64,000 nt of DNA from an uncultured Ruminococcus sp. (GTDB lineage: Bacteria > Bacillota > Clostridia > Oscillospirales > CAG-272): NCBI GenBank assembly GCA_964522215.1, contig CAZFVR010000002.1, positions 53,880 through 117,879 of the forward strand, read 5' to 3'. This document shows positions 9,217 to 18,877 of this stretch, piece after piece. Within the stretch, counting starts at the first letter, position 1, and each line of letters opens with the position of its first letter. The position numbers and the translations under genes were made by a program. Below the pieces are notes generated by a model. The model was given only the letters and a program-made list of their open reading frames with translations, was not told the origin of the DNA and searched no databases.

Positions 9217-11553
9217 TCATTCGCCGAGCTGTGCTCGTTCGGCGCGGTCACGCTCCTTTATAAAGCGGCGGTAGGGAGCGTATGCTGAGGCAAAGCCGCA
9301 CGCGGCCGAAACTATCAGGCAGATGATGCAGGCCGGGATGGAAAGATCAAAGCCGTGCCGCACCGCCTCGGTAAAGCCGTACTTGGGCAAAAAGTTATCA
9401 AGCACCCAAAACGAGAGCCACCCAAACAGCGCACCAAGCACCACGCTTACAAAAAATGAGCAAACAGCGGTCACACCGCCGGAAAAGAGATGGAGCGAGC
9501 GCAGGTCGGCATCCCCCGCGCCAAAAGCGCCAAGCATTTCAAACTCGACGCGGCGCTTGGTAAAGAACATCGACTGCGAGAAGAACCAAACGAGCGGGGA
9601 GAGTGCAAGCACCGCGGTAAGGCACAAAAGCGTGACTCCGCGAATATTTGCGCGGCCGTTCAGCCTGTCGGTGGCATCGGCATTGCTGTCGCGCAGGCTG
9701 TAGCCCGAGTATCCCGCAAAAAGTCGGCGCAGCTCAAAAAATGCATTCTCAGCCGCCGCGTCATCAATGCCTTTGCAAAGATAGATATCGGCACGCTGCA
9801 CCACAGGTGCACTTCCGGTAAGCTTTTGGTAAAGCTCCGGTGAGACGGCAACGGTAAACGCATCCTCGGCGCGTCCGGTGTCAATCACCGCACCCACCGT
9901 CAGGTCAATATAGGCAAACTCGCCCTTTTTTATCTCCTGCTCAAGGTTCAGGCGTGCATCGGTGATCGATAGATCAAGTGGGGATTGATGGCTGACAAAT
10001 ACCGCCGCGCGGATCCTATCGCCAACTTTAAAGTTCAGCTCGCGGCCGTTGTATATGTACTCGCTGACCGCTACTGTGTACTCGTCGGTAAGGACCGATG
10101 AAAGATCTCCCGTTACCTCCCACGCGCCGTGGGTCGTGGCCATGCCGATCAGGGCCTCGTCCAGCACCATGTATTTTGCGCTGTTGGTGGCCACGCTCTC
10201 GCCGTCCTGCGCACGGGTGGTGTTGTAGCTTTGACTGCCCGCCTGTGCGTGCGAGAGGACTATATGCCCACGCGTGGCAGAGGCCTTTTGGCTGACATCC
10301 CACATAAGATAGTCAACGCCCTCCACATCAGTGGCAAGCTCAAGATCAAATTCATCAACTCCACCTCGGTCGCTTACAGTCAGGGTGTATTGCGGCACCG
10401 GTGCGGCATCGATATCCTGCTGCCTTGATGATAGAAACACGCCGCACAAAAAGACGGTGGAAAAGGATATAGCCCCCAGCAGCAGTCCCGCAAAGTAGCG
10501 GCGAAAGCGAAACATTCCGTAAAGCTCGTATACCGACGGGAAGCGCTTGCCGAATATAAATGCCGAGCGGCGCGGTGAGGATACAAGGTTTGAGTTATCC
10601 TCCGCTGTCAAAAGCGAGACCGGCGACTTTTTGGAAAGCACCAGTATCGGCAGTGCGGTCGCCGCAAAAACGGCGCAAAGATCAAACAGCAGTGCAAGCC
10701 ACAGGTCGGCGGAGCGCCATGCGTAGGCGGCACCGCGCGGCAGGTATATAAGGGCGGCTGTGCCCGCTCCCGCCGCCGCGGCGGGAATGAAGGTGAGGAT
10801 GGAGATCATAAAAAGCTCCCACGATGCCGTTTCAAACAGCTTTTCAAACCCGGCACCAAAGGACATGTATATTCCGTAGCGGAACTTATAGTGGTTGGTG
10901 CGTATGTTAAACAGTATCATCAGTGCCAGCGCGGCAAACAGCAGAAAAACGATGAAAAATGCCCATCTGCCCACGGTGTCGCGCGTGCGGGCCTGCTCTA
11001 TCAGCGTTATTCGCTCGGTGTAGCGGACCTGCGAGGCCGCGCCCCTTATTTGATAATAGCTCAAAAAGTCCTCGCCGCGCTCGCGTGAATCGACATCCAG
11101 CAATATGCGCATCTCATATCTCTTGCCGCCGGGCGAGACGGTGTACTCATCAAAATCATATGCTTCATACATCCGTTTTTCCGGGCTCAGCTGTCCGGCT
11201 ATCCACAGACGGCCGTTTTCAATGGCGGCGCGCTCGTCTGATGTCAGCCCGTCAACTATCAGGTGGCAGTCGCTTGATGCATACGCCTCGTTGATAGCGG
11301 ATTCAAGGCGGATATCCGAGTATGTCATGCCCGCCCAAAAGATGAGCTGAAGCGCAAAGCAGGCGGCAAAGAAGGGGAAGTATTCAAAAAAACCGCGGGT
11401 GACCGTGCGGAATGCGGTGGTGAGGTTACGAAGTGAGAAGAACCGTCCGAGAAATCCCAAGGCGCTCCTGATGTTTGCAGCCGGTTTTAAAACGTATACT
11501 CGCTTGTGGTCTACGTATTTTTCTTCAAGCATTACGAAACTCCTTGTTAACAT
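9217..11553 (-). CDS. ABC transporter permease, FtsX/MacB family (large, two FtsX-type modules)
   Basis: 778-aa polytopic protein with large extracytoplasmic loops, directly upstream of the MacB-like ATPase. Confidence 0.8.
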   Translation of the reverse strand: MLTRSFVMLEEKYVDHKRVYVLKPAANIRSALGFLGRFFSLRNLTTAFRTVTRGFFEYFPFFAACFALQLIFWAGMTYSDIRLESAINEAYASSDCHLIVDGLTSDERAAIENGRLWIAGQLSPEKRMYEAYDFDEYTVSPGGKRYEMRILLDVDSRERGEDFLSYYQIRGAASQVRYTERITLIEQARTRDTVGRWAFFIVFLLFAALALMILFNIRTNHYKFRYGIYMSFGAGFEKLFETASWELFMISILTFIPAAAAGAGTAALIYLPRGAAYAWRSADLWLALLFDLCAVFAATALPILVLSKKSPVSLLTAEDNSNLVSSPRRSAFIFGKRFPSVYELYGMFRFRRYFAGLLLGAISFSTVFLCGVFLSSRQQDIDAAPVPQYTLTVSDRGGVDEFDLELATDVEGVDYLMWDVSQKASATRGHIVLSHAQAGSQSYNTTRAQDGESVATNSAKYMVLDEALIGMATTHGAWEVTGDLSSVLTDEYTVAVSEYIYNGRELNFKVGDRIRAAVFVSHQSPLDLSITDARLNLEQEIKKGEFAYIDLTVGAVIDTGRAEDAFTVAVSPELYQKLTGSAPVVQRADIYLCKGIDDAAAENAFFELRRLFAGYSGYSLRDSNADATDRLNGRANIRGVTLLCLTAVLALSPLVWFFSQSMFFTKRRVEFEMLGAFGAGDADLRSLHLFSGGVTAVCSFFVSVVLGALFGWLSFWVLDNFLPKYGFTEAVRHGFDLSIPACIICLIVSAACGFASAYAPYRRFIKERDRAERAQLGE

Positions 11554-11684
11554 GATATTATATTATACAACTAATCAGCATAATTTTCAAGGGCGCATGG
11601 GGGATATTTTGTGTGCATTGTGCATATTTTTTTGTGTTTGGGCGCGGGGCGGTAATTAATAAAATGTAACTTTTAAAATACCGC

Positions 11685-11713
11685 TTGCGAAAGTGCGACT
11701 TTTGTTGTATAAT
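11685..11713 (+). promoter_or_regulatory. Sigma-A-type promoter for PEPCK gene
   Basis: TTGCGA (11685-11690), 17-nt spacer, TATAAT (11708-11713). Confidence 0.6.
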
Positions 11714-11865
11714 ATTAGTGAAAATGTTCTACCGGGGCATATAATCGTTAAAAAAATAACGATCCATGGACCGTGCCGCAGGTCTTTAGCGGCGGGGTAG
11801 GGCAGGCATTCAAAAATCTTAAAGCTTGAAAAAAATTAATCTTTTTTAAAGGAGAATAAAAACGA

Positions 11866-13650
11866 ATGACCAACAACAAGTACATTCTTGACTGGGTCAA
11901 GGAAATGGCCGAGCTGACCTGTCCCGATAAGATCGTATGGATCGACGGCAGCGAGGAGCAGGCAGAGGCTCTGCGTGCAGAGGCTTGCTCTACCGGCGAG
12001 ATGATAAAGCTCAACCAGGATCTGCTGCCCGGTTGCTACCTGCACCGCACCGCCATCAACGACGTTGCTCGTGTTGAGGGCAGGACCTTTATCTGCACCC
12101 CCACCAAGGAAGAGGCCGGCAACATCAACAACTGGATGGAGCCTACCGAGTGCTATGAGAAGCTCAGAAAGATCTACCGCGGCTCCATGAAGGGCAGAAC
12201 GATGTACGTTATCCCTTACTCCATGGGTATCGTCGGCTCTGATTTTGCAAAATACGGCATCGAGCTTACCGACTCTATCTACGTCGTGCTCAACATGCTC
12301 ATCATGACCCGCGTCGGCACCGACGTTCTTGAGGCTATCGGCGACAGCGATAACTACATAAAGGGTCTTCACTCCAAGGCACAGCTTGATGAGAGCAACC
12401 GTTACATCTGCCACTTCCCGCAGGATAACACCATCTGGTCGGTCAACTCCGGCTACGGCGGAAACGTTCTGCTCGGCAAAAAGTGCTTTGCTCTCCGTAT
12501 CGCCTCCTACCTCGGCAGAAAGGAAAACTGGATGGCCGAGCATATGCTCATCCTTGGCGTTGAGTATCCCGATGGCGATGTTAAGTATGTTTGCGCCGCA
12601 TTCCCCTCCGCTTGCGGTAAGACCAACCTCGCCATGCTCATTCCGCCCGAGGTATACAAGAAGCGCGGCTTTAAGACTTGGACCGTCGGCGATGATATCG
12701 CATGGCTGCGCATAGGCAAGGATGGCCGCCTCTGGGCCATGAACCCCGAAAACGGCTTCTTTGGTGTTGCTCCCGGTACAAACGAAAAGTCCAACCCCAA
12801 CGCTCTGCACACCTGCATGAAGGATACCATCTTCACCAACGTGTGCCACAACCTTGATAACAACACCATTTGGTGGGAGAGCCTTGATAACAACCCGCCC
12901 AAGAACGCCCTCAACTGGAAGGGTGAGGTCTGGGACTACAACAAGTATGACAAGGCAGATAAGATCAACACCTCCGGTGCTCATCCCAACAGCCGTTTCA
13001 CCGCAAAGGCTGTTAACTGCCCCTGCCTCTCCAAGGAATTTGATAATCCCGCAGGCGTTCCCGTTTCCGCCATTATCTTCGGCGGCAGACGTGCCAAGAC
13101 CGCCCCGCTGGTATACCAGTCCACCAGCTGGCAGAACGGTACCTTCGTTGGCTCTATCATGGCCTCCGAGACCACTGCAGCAGCCGCAGGCGCTATCGGC
13201 GTAGTCCGTCGCGATCCTATGGCAATGCGTCCCTTCGTTGGCTACAACATGGGTGACTACTGGCGCCACTGGCTCGATATGGGCAAGATCATCCCCAACG
13301 CGCCCCAGATCTTCCACGTCAACTGGTTCCGCACCGATGATAACGGCAACTTTGTATGGCCGGGCTTTGGCGACAACCTTCGCGTTGTTGACTGGATCCT
13401 CGCTCGCTGCGCGGGCAAGGTCGATGCAGATCTCACCGCTATCGGTTATGTACCGAAGCCCGAGGACATCAACATCGAGGGTCTTGACGGCATCACCGTT
13501 GATACCGTTCGCGACCTTGTAAGCGTTGATAAGGATGCATGGCTTGAGGATATCGAGAACATCAAAGAGTTCTACGCTCAGGTAGGCGATCATGTCCCCT
13601 CCGAGCTGTATGACGAGCTTGCCGCTCTTGAGGCAAGACTTCGCGCATGA
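11866..13650 (+). CDS. pck: Phosphoenolpyruvate carboxykinase (GTP)
   Basis: 594 aa. The N-terminus (..LDWVKEMAELTCPDKIVWIDGSEEQ..) and the kinase-1a loop region (AAFPSACGKTNLAM) are typical of GTP-dependent PEPCK. A strong SD (AAAGGAG) is present. Confidence 0.93.
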   Translation: MTNNKYILDWVKEMAELTCPDKIVWIDGSEEQAEALRAEACSTGEMIKLNQDLLPGCYLHRTAINDVARVEGRTFICTPTKEEAGNINNWMEPTECYEKLRKIYRGSMKGRTMYVIPYSMGIVGSDFAKYGIELTDSIYVVLNMLIMTRVGTDVLEAIGDSDNYIKGLHSKAQLDESNRYICHFPQDNTIWSVNSGYGGNVLLGKKCFALRIASYLGRKENWMAEHMLILGVEYPDGDVKYVCAAFPSACGKTNLAMLIPPEVYKKRGFKTWTVGDDIAWLRIGKDGRLWAMNPENGFFGVAPGTNEKSNPNALHTCMKDTIFTNVCHNLDNNTIWWESLDNNPPKNALNWKGEVWDYNKYDKADKINTSGAHPNSRFTAKAVNCPCLSKEFDNPAGVPVSAIIFGGRRAKTAPLVYQSTSWQNGTFVGSIMASETTAAAAGAIGVVRRDPMAMRPFVGYNMGDYWRHWLDMGKIIPNAPQIFHVNWFRTDDNGNFVWPGFGDNLRVVDWILARCAGKVDADLTAIGYVPKPEDINIEGLDGITVDTVRDLVSVDKDAWLEDIENIKEFYAQVGDHVPSELYDELAALEARLRA

Positions 13651-13676
13651 TCGGCGTAAGGTCATAAATAAATAAA

Positions 13677-13720
13677 CTTCGGGCTGTCTCGCGTGAGCGA
13701 GACAGCCCGAAGTGTTTTGT
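13677..13720 (+). terminator. Rho-independent terminator of pck
   Basis: 16-bp perfect stem CTTCGGGCTGTCTCGC/GCGAGACAGCCCGAAG with a GTGA loop, followed by TGTTTTGTGTT. Confidence 0.85.
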
Positions 13721-13729
13721 GTTGTTACG

Positions 13730-13770
13730 CCAAATAAATATGTGCCCCTGTGCAGAATGCACAGGGGCAC
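13730..13770 (-). terminator. Terminator for the convergent reverse-strand genes
   Basis: Hairpin GTGCCCCTGTGCA..TGCACAGGGGCAC (13742-13770), followed on the reverse strand by ATATTTATTT. Confidence 0.65.
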
Positions 13771-13790
13771 AGTGAGAGTTTAAAACATTA

Positions 13791-14819
13791 TTATCCCAGC
13801 CAAACTCCCACGTTTATAAAATGAGTTATATCGCCCAATTTAAACTGTTTTCCGTTGACTTCACGAGTTTTATCGGTGGTGTAGTTGAGTTTGTAATAGT
13901 AAATGACCACGGGGTTCCCGTCACTATCAAGCGTAAGGGTCTGCCATATGCACTTTTGTTCGGAGAAACGATATCCGTTTTCGTCTTTTGTGCTCCACGC
14001 CTGTTCGATGTTGGTGCGTATGTCACATGCGCTTTGTTCTGCAAACGTATCACATCCGGATATTGATTTTGTTTTTGAAAACATTTTTGATACAGTGGTC
14101 TGTGGCGGTGCATCGACCCAAACTAACCTGCCATCGGGATAAAGACGAACGGTTGTGTAGTCAACGCATTCTGTACCGGATATTCTTGTGCAAAATTTTA
14201 TATCATACCATCCGCTATATATACCACCCGCTATATTGGGGTCGCTGTAGTCGATCACGTAATCGTTGTACACGTCAAGGTCAACATACGGTTCGGCATA
14301 TTCTCTGGCTTTTGCCAAAAGCTCGTCTTCGGATAAATGCACTATTCCGCTTGACGGGTCATCTTGACGGGTCATCGTACATCCAATGTGTCTCCTCTGA
14401 CAAGAATTTGTATCCGATCGGAGTCTTGGTGTCACCATGAGCAAAAGAGACGGAAATATGTAAGTCACCTTGGTTTAATTTATAAACATCCACTTCCCAA
14501 TCTATGTCCGAACGACTTTTTTAACTTTTGAAAACTGCAATGTATATTCATTGTTATCAATTGTTATAGAAACATCGTTTGGGTGGTAGTTGTCGTGTGT
14601 GCTTTTTTGAGAATACAGTATCTGATTTATCTTGGCAATATCATCGCTGCTGCCGGTGGAGGTTTCTGCCACGAATTCCATGTACGCATCACTTGTCGAT
14701 GATACGGCTGCTGCACGCAAAGGTTGCGGATTCCGCTGAACTGTTGTGCAACTCGTTAGCATTGCGAAAAGAACAAATAATATGCATGTTGTAGTAAACA
14801 GTTTTTTTGTGTTTTTCAT
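13791..14819 (-). pseudogene. Lipoprotein gene disrupted by two frameshifts (A6 run and 13-bp tandem duplication)
   Basis: The 105-aa ORF (14502-14819) has a lipobox (FAMLTSC). The 225-aa ORF (13791-14468) has no signal peptide. A third frame bridges them with no stop codon if one A is added at 14517-14522 and one copy of TTGACGGGTCATC (14351-14376) is removed. See the finding for details. Confidence 0.55.
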
Positions 14820-14830
14820 GGTATTCCTCC

Positions 14831-15061
14831 TTAAGAAAAAGTGTTTCTGTTATATGTAAATACTACATTGTCTTTTGTAATACAAGGTGAGATGTCTGTA
14901 TAACTCATATCGGCAAGGATCGGTGTTGCTGCATTTTCGGCAAGTATGTTGGCGGAGGTGATTTCGCTTTTTTGCTTTGTGGCTGATGCCGCAAAAGAAA
15001 GAATGCAAATCAAAACCAAGACGGCTGTTGTAATTACAAATGAACGGAATATTCTTGTCAT
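14831..15061 (-). CDS. Small signal-anchored hypothetical protein
   Basis: ATG at 15061 (MTRIFRSFVITTAVLVLICILSFAASA..), 76 aa, 11 nt upstream of the lipoprotein gene. The longer track ORF (to 15235) has an implausible N-terminus. Confidence 0.4.
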   Translation of the reverse strand: MTRIFRSFVITTAVLVLICILSFAASATKQKSEITSANILAENAATPILADMSYTDISPCITKDNVVFTYNRNTFS

Positions 15062-15370
15062 CTTGTCGCTTCTTGTTTTTGGTTCGTTGTGGTTGTTATT
15101 GTTTTGCGTGGATGTGTGCGGGTAAGACCCGCCGATAGGCTCGGTGGATCGAATGCCATGACAAACTCCTTTCGTGTGTGAGCGACCTTTTAAATGTTCC
15201 GCAGGTGTTCTTTGCCGACATTTACAGTATATCACATTTGCCGATAATTATCAATCGGTCGCGCGTGGTTGTTGATCTTTTTGTCAACAATGCACAAAAG
15301 CTCCCGATGCGCCACCGCAATATTGCGGTGGCGCATCGGGAGCTTTATGCCGGTTTGATCTTACACGGTA

Positions 15371-15940
15371 TCAGTGTGTGTTGCCGTGCACGGGGCGTGA
15401 TGCTTTTTTAAAAAAGCGCGGTTCAAAGCCGTCTATGGTGATCGATCGCATCATTCCGGCAAACATCGTCTCATCAAACCGTTTGCCCATGCAAAAGACC
15501 TCGTAGTCAACTCCGAGATAGGATAAAAACACACCCGTCTCGCGGTAGCCGCAACTTAGGTAAAAATTGCGCCGCCGCAGGCGTTGAGCGTTGTTTTCGG
15601 CACTCTCGTCCGGCATTTCAAAATCAACGGTATGAATACGGTAGGGTTATTTGGCTATCATCGTTTCCACCGCGCGCCTGCCGTAGCCGCGCGAGCGCAG
15701 CGCGGGTTCAACAGCCAGAAAAAAGAGATAGGCAAGCTTGCGATATAGTTTGATAACGGTAAAACCCACAAACATGTCGCCGTCTTTAAGCGCCCATATC
15801 TCAAGCTGTTCGCGCTGTGACATTTCTATCATGCGGTCGGGTGCGAGATATTCCTCGGGCGGGAATGCCTCAAGTGCCAATGCTTCTATTTTGCCCAACA
15901 GCGGATGTCCCGCGCCGATGGGCTCTGCGTTAAGTATCAT
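15371..15940 (-). pseudogene. GNAT family N-acetyltransferase interrupted by an in-frame TAA
   Basis: ORFs 15647-15940 and 15371-15616 are in the same frame. The read-through sequence is ..GYGRRAVETMIAK*PYRIHTVDFEMPDES... The acetyl-CoA-binding motif RSRGYGRRA lies just before the stop. Confidence 0.7.
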
Positions 15941-16075
15941 TTTGACCTCTGTTTTTCGGATGGCGAAGATCCTTATTTAATTATAAGTGGTTTTGGTATG
16001 TGCGAAACTACCATTCTTCGCCTCTGCCGAGGGTCAAGCTGTTTTTCATTTTGTTTTAGTCCTGCTGCCGCTTAG

Positions 16076-16999
16076 TCATCTTATAAAGTTTGTATAGGAA
16101 CGCCTTGCGGTCTGCGGAAGTCCGAAAAGCTCACGACCGAGCTTTATGCTCTTTATAAGGAATGCCATGTTTTGGGCCAGCTCGCGCATTGTTTCAAGTC
16201 CCTCGGCGTCGCCTGCCGCTTCTCCCGGCGTTTGACCGTGAATGTTGTTCCAATAACGGCTGGAGGCTACTGGCATCCCGGAGATGGTAAAGTATTTGTT
16301 CAGCTCGTCAAAAGTCGTACTGCACCCACTGCGGCGCGCACAGACTACCGATGCGCCCACTTTCATTCGCTTATCAAAGCGGGTGCTGTAAAAAAGGCGG
16401 TCAAGGCATGCCACAAGCGTGGCGTTGGCAGAGGCGTAGTAAACCGGGCTTGCAACCACAAGACCGTCCGCGGCCTCAAATTTTACGGCAAGCTCGTTTA
16501 CAATGTCATCAAATACGCACTGCCCGCTTGAAAAACAGCCATGGCAGGCCGCGCAGCCGCGTATATCCATACCGCCGATGCGAACTATCTCCATGTCTAT
16601 CCCCTCGGCATCAAATACGCTACGCATCTCGTCGAGTGCTATGGATGTGTTGCCGCCCTCGCGCGGGCTGCCGTTTAAGGCAAGTATCCTCCGGCGTTTT
16701 GCGGGGGTGGCGCAGTCGTATTCGGAGAGGGCGCACAAAAGATCATATAGTCCATCCTCTGACAGAACTCCGCGCGGCATGTCGGCGGGCAAAAGCCCCT
16801 GCTCGTCAAGCTCAAAGTCATGCTGCCACTTGCCGCTCGTCATATACTCTGAAAGCACTGCGCTTGCCATTTTGATCTCTGCGCCGTCGGTGGCAGTCGG
16901 GTCACTCGCGGCAAGCTTTTGCGCCTCCGTAAGCATCGTGTAAAGCTGTTCCATGCGCCGGACTCGGCGTATGGAGGATAAAACATCTTTGCTGTTCAT
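16076..16999 (-). CDS. Iron-sulfur flavoprotein (Isf / NADPH-dependent FMN reductase fold) with N-terminal DUF4298-like domain
   Basis: The C-terminal ~200 aa (ILALNGSPREGGNTS.., compact Cys motif CAACHGCFSSGQC) match the flavodoxin-like Isf family. The N-terminal ~100 aa (..WQHDFELDEQGLLPADMPRGVLSEDGLYDLL) resemble DUF4298. Confidence 0.7.
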   Translation of the reverse strand: MNSKDVLSSIRRVRRMEQLYTMLTEAQKLAASDPTATDGAEIKMASAVLSEYMTSGKWQHDFELDEQGLLPADMPRGVLSEDGLYDLLCALSEYDCATPAKRRRILALNGSPREGGNTSIALDEMRSVFDAEGIDMEIVRIGGMDIRGCAACHGCFSSGQCVFDDIVNELAVKFEAADGLVVASPVYYASANATLVACLDRLFYSTRFDKRMKVGASVVCARRSGCSTTFDELNKYFTISGMPVASSRYWNNIHGQTPGEAAGDAEGLETMRELAQNMAFLIKSIKLGRELFGLPQTARRSYTNFIR

Positions 17000-17124
17000 G
17001 GTCGATCTCCGTTAACTCCTTTAAAATAAACTTGCCGGATCTTGGGGTCGGCTGTGTTTTATGTAGCTGTAAACTTCGGTCGCTGCTGTTCTGCCGCGAC
17101 TGCTCTGTTGTATCGGGCGCTGTG

Positions 17125-17601
17125 TCAGTTCTCCTCGTCTGCTATCGTTATGCCCTCGGGGCGGCTCTTTATGTCGTTCAGCTCGCGAATAAAGGTCTCG
17201 ATATCCTTAAATTCGCGGTATACCGAGGCAAAGCGAACATATGCCACCGCATCCTCTGATTTCAGGCGGCGCATTACCATCTCGCCTATATCCCCGGAGG
17301 GTATCTCCTGCCGCAGTGAGTTTTGCAGCTCGGACTCTATCTCTGCGGCGATCCTGTCGGCGTTGACCGGTCGCTTTTCACAGGCCTTAAGCAGACCCGA
17401 CAGCAGCTTTGAACGGTCAAAAAGCTCGCGTGTTCCGTTCTTTTTTATAACAACGAGCTGTACCGATTCTATGACCTCAAAGGTCGTAAAGCGTTTTTGA
17501 CAGTTCAGGCACTCACGGCGGCGGCGTATACTGTTGCCGTCTATATTTTGGCGTGAATCTATAACGCGGCTCTCAAGGCAGCCGCAGCTCGGACATCTCA
17601 A
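17125..17601 (-). CDS. nrdR: Transcriptional repressor NrdR
   Basis: [34 protein letters not shown] zinc ribbon plus an ATP-cone domain. 158 aa. Confidence 0.93.
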   Translation of the reverse strand: MRCPSCGCLESRVIDSRQNIDGNSIRRRRECLNCQKRFTTFEVIESVQLVVIKKNGTRELFDRSKLLSGLLKACEKRPVNADRIAAEIESELQNSLRQEIPSGDIGEMVMRRLKSEDAVAYVRFASVYREFKDIETFIRELNDIKSRPEGITIADEEN

Positions 17602-17690
17602 TATAAATACCTGCCTTTCATTATTACATTTATTCTACCACATAGCGGGCGATTTGTAAAGAGGTTTGGCGTTTTTTTGCTATGCTGATG

Positions 17691-18002
17691 CTACGCGTCG
17701 CGCCGCGCGGCCTCCCAATCATCTATTATGTAGGTCAGTGTTATCGGAGTTACACCGCCGCGCAGTATGCTCTCATAAAGCCTGCGGGCGGCTTGCCTGT
17801 CGCATTCAACGGTGCGCGAGGTGTGCTCAGTGGCGGATGTTACCGATATCGTATAGTATCGCCCTGCGGCGCGGCATTGTTCGCACAGTCGGTAGCCTAC
17901 ACGCAGCCCTCCTACGTTGCCGGTGGATGAACGCAGCAGCTTGGCTCCAAACTCACATGCGTGTGTTTTGTTGTATTTTTGTTGTTTTTGCGTTTTGGTC
18001 AT
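17691..18002 (-). CDS. Small conserved hypothetical protein
   Basis: ATG at 18002 (MTKTQKQQKYNKTHACEFGAKLL..VTPITLTYIIDDW..), 103 aa, upstream of nrdR on the same strand. The track ORF start (18227) lies in AT-rich non-coding-looking sequence. Confidence 0.5.
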   Translation of the reverse strand: MTKTQKQQKYNKTHACEFGAKLLRSSTGNVGGLRVGYRLCEQCRAAGRYYTISVTSATEHTSRTVECDRQAARRLYESILRGGVTPITLTYIIDDWEAARRDA

Positions 18003-18328
18003 GGTCTGTCCTTCCTGTGTTGCCCTGTGGGTTTTTGGTTTGCAACCACATTCGGCGGTCGTTGTGTGCTTGCCGCCTGCGGTCGCGTTGTGCTGATTAT
18101 GATAACGCCGCCGCGCAACGGAAATAATTGCAAAAAAGATCGCATCGTAACATTGCTTGTCATTATAATGAACGAAATTAACAAAAACGTCAAAAAAGCA
18201 ACAAAAAGTATAGGAATAAAAATGCAATTTGGCGGAAACAAAAGTGCAATTATATGCAATGCATGAAACATTTGAGCAAAATAGCTGCGAGAGATGTATT
18301 TTTATCCAAAATTGCCTTATATTTATCG

Positions 18329-18357
18329 TTGAAAAAGCTCGAATTGTGCGATATAAT
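18329..18357 (+). promoter_or_regulatory. Consensus sigma-A promoter
   Basis: TTGAAA (18329-18334), 17-nt spacer, TATAAT (18352-18357). Confidence 0.6.
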
Positions 18358-18518
18358 GGCGTATATCCGGAACAATTTGCATATTATCTTACGATCATAT
18401 GCATTATTCGCTCGAAAGACAATAATGCATAAAAATACCAATAAGGCGCACCGACACCGCGTTAGAGGGTGATCTTTTGATCTTATGTGTTCCAAAAGCA
18501 GAGGGGATGAAAGGTAAA

Positions 18519-18824
18519 ATGAAGCAAACAAAACGTGCAGGCGTGCGCCTGCTGCGGTTCATATCTGCGATAGCGGCGGAGGCGGGGAGGCTTGGGCGCG
18601 AGGCGATGACTGTTTTTATCTGCGGCATGGGGAGCGCCACACTTGCGGCGGTTGCGTGGCTTTGCAGGCTCGCTGAGGCGGTCGCGGTCGATCCGCTCGG
18701 AGCCGAGAACTATTACGCGCCGATGCTTGAATACATAATGATGGCTTATCTTATCGTTATCGCGGGGACGCTCACCTTTGATCTGCTTGAAAGATCCTGC
18801 AAGCGGCAGGGCGGCGGCACATAA
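18519..18824 (+). CDS. Hypothetical small membrane protein
   Basis: MKQTKRAGVRLLRFISAIAAEAG.. with two hydrophobic segments. There is a weak SD (AAAGG). Start choice among the in-frame candidates (ORF-track start 18477, ATG 18507, ATG 18519) is uncertain. Confidence 0.35.
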   Translation: MKQTKRAGVRLLRFISAIAAEAGRLGREAMTVFICGMGSATLAAVAWLCRLAEAVAVDPLGAENYYAPMLEYIMMAYLIVIAGTLTFDLLERSCKRQGGGT

Positions 18825-18877
18825 GCGTGACTGACTGCGATATTTGCGAAAAAATGCCCCCATCCGCAAAAAAACTA

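Noticed and set aside
11719-11732. cre-like (CcpA) site TGAAAATGTTCTAC in the pck leader.
   Set aside because: The central CG of the cre consensus is TG here, and the 3-prime half matches poorly. The evidence is not enough to call it.
11836-13770. 644-aa reverse-strand ORF, longer than the pck gene it overlaps.
   Set aside because: This is an antisense shadow ORF. The forward frame has unmistakable GTP-PEPCK sequence, an SD and a terminator. The reverse translation is low-complexity (G/A/V-rich) with no start context.
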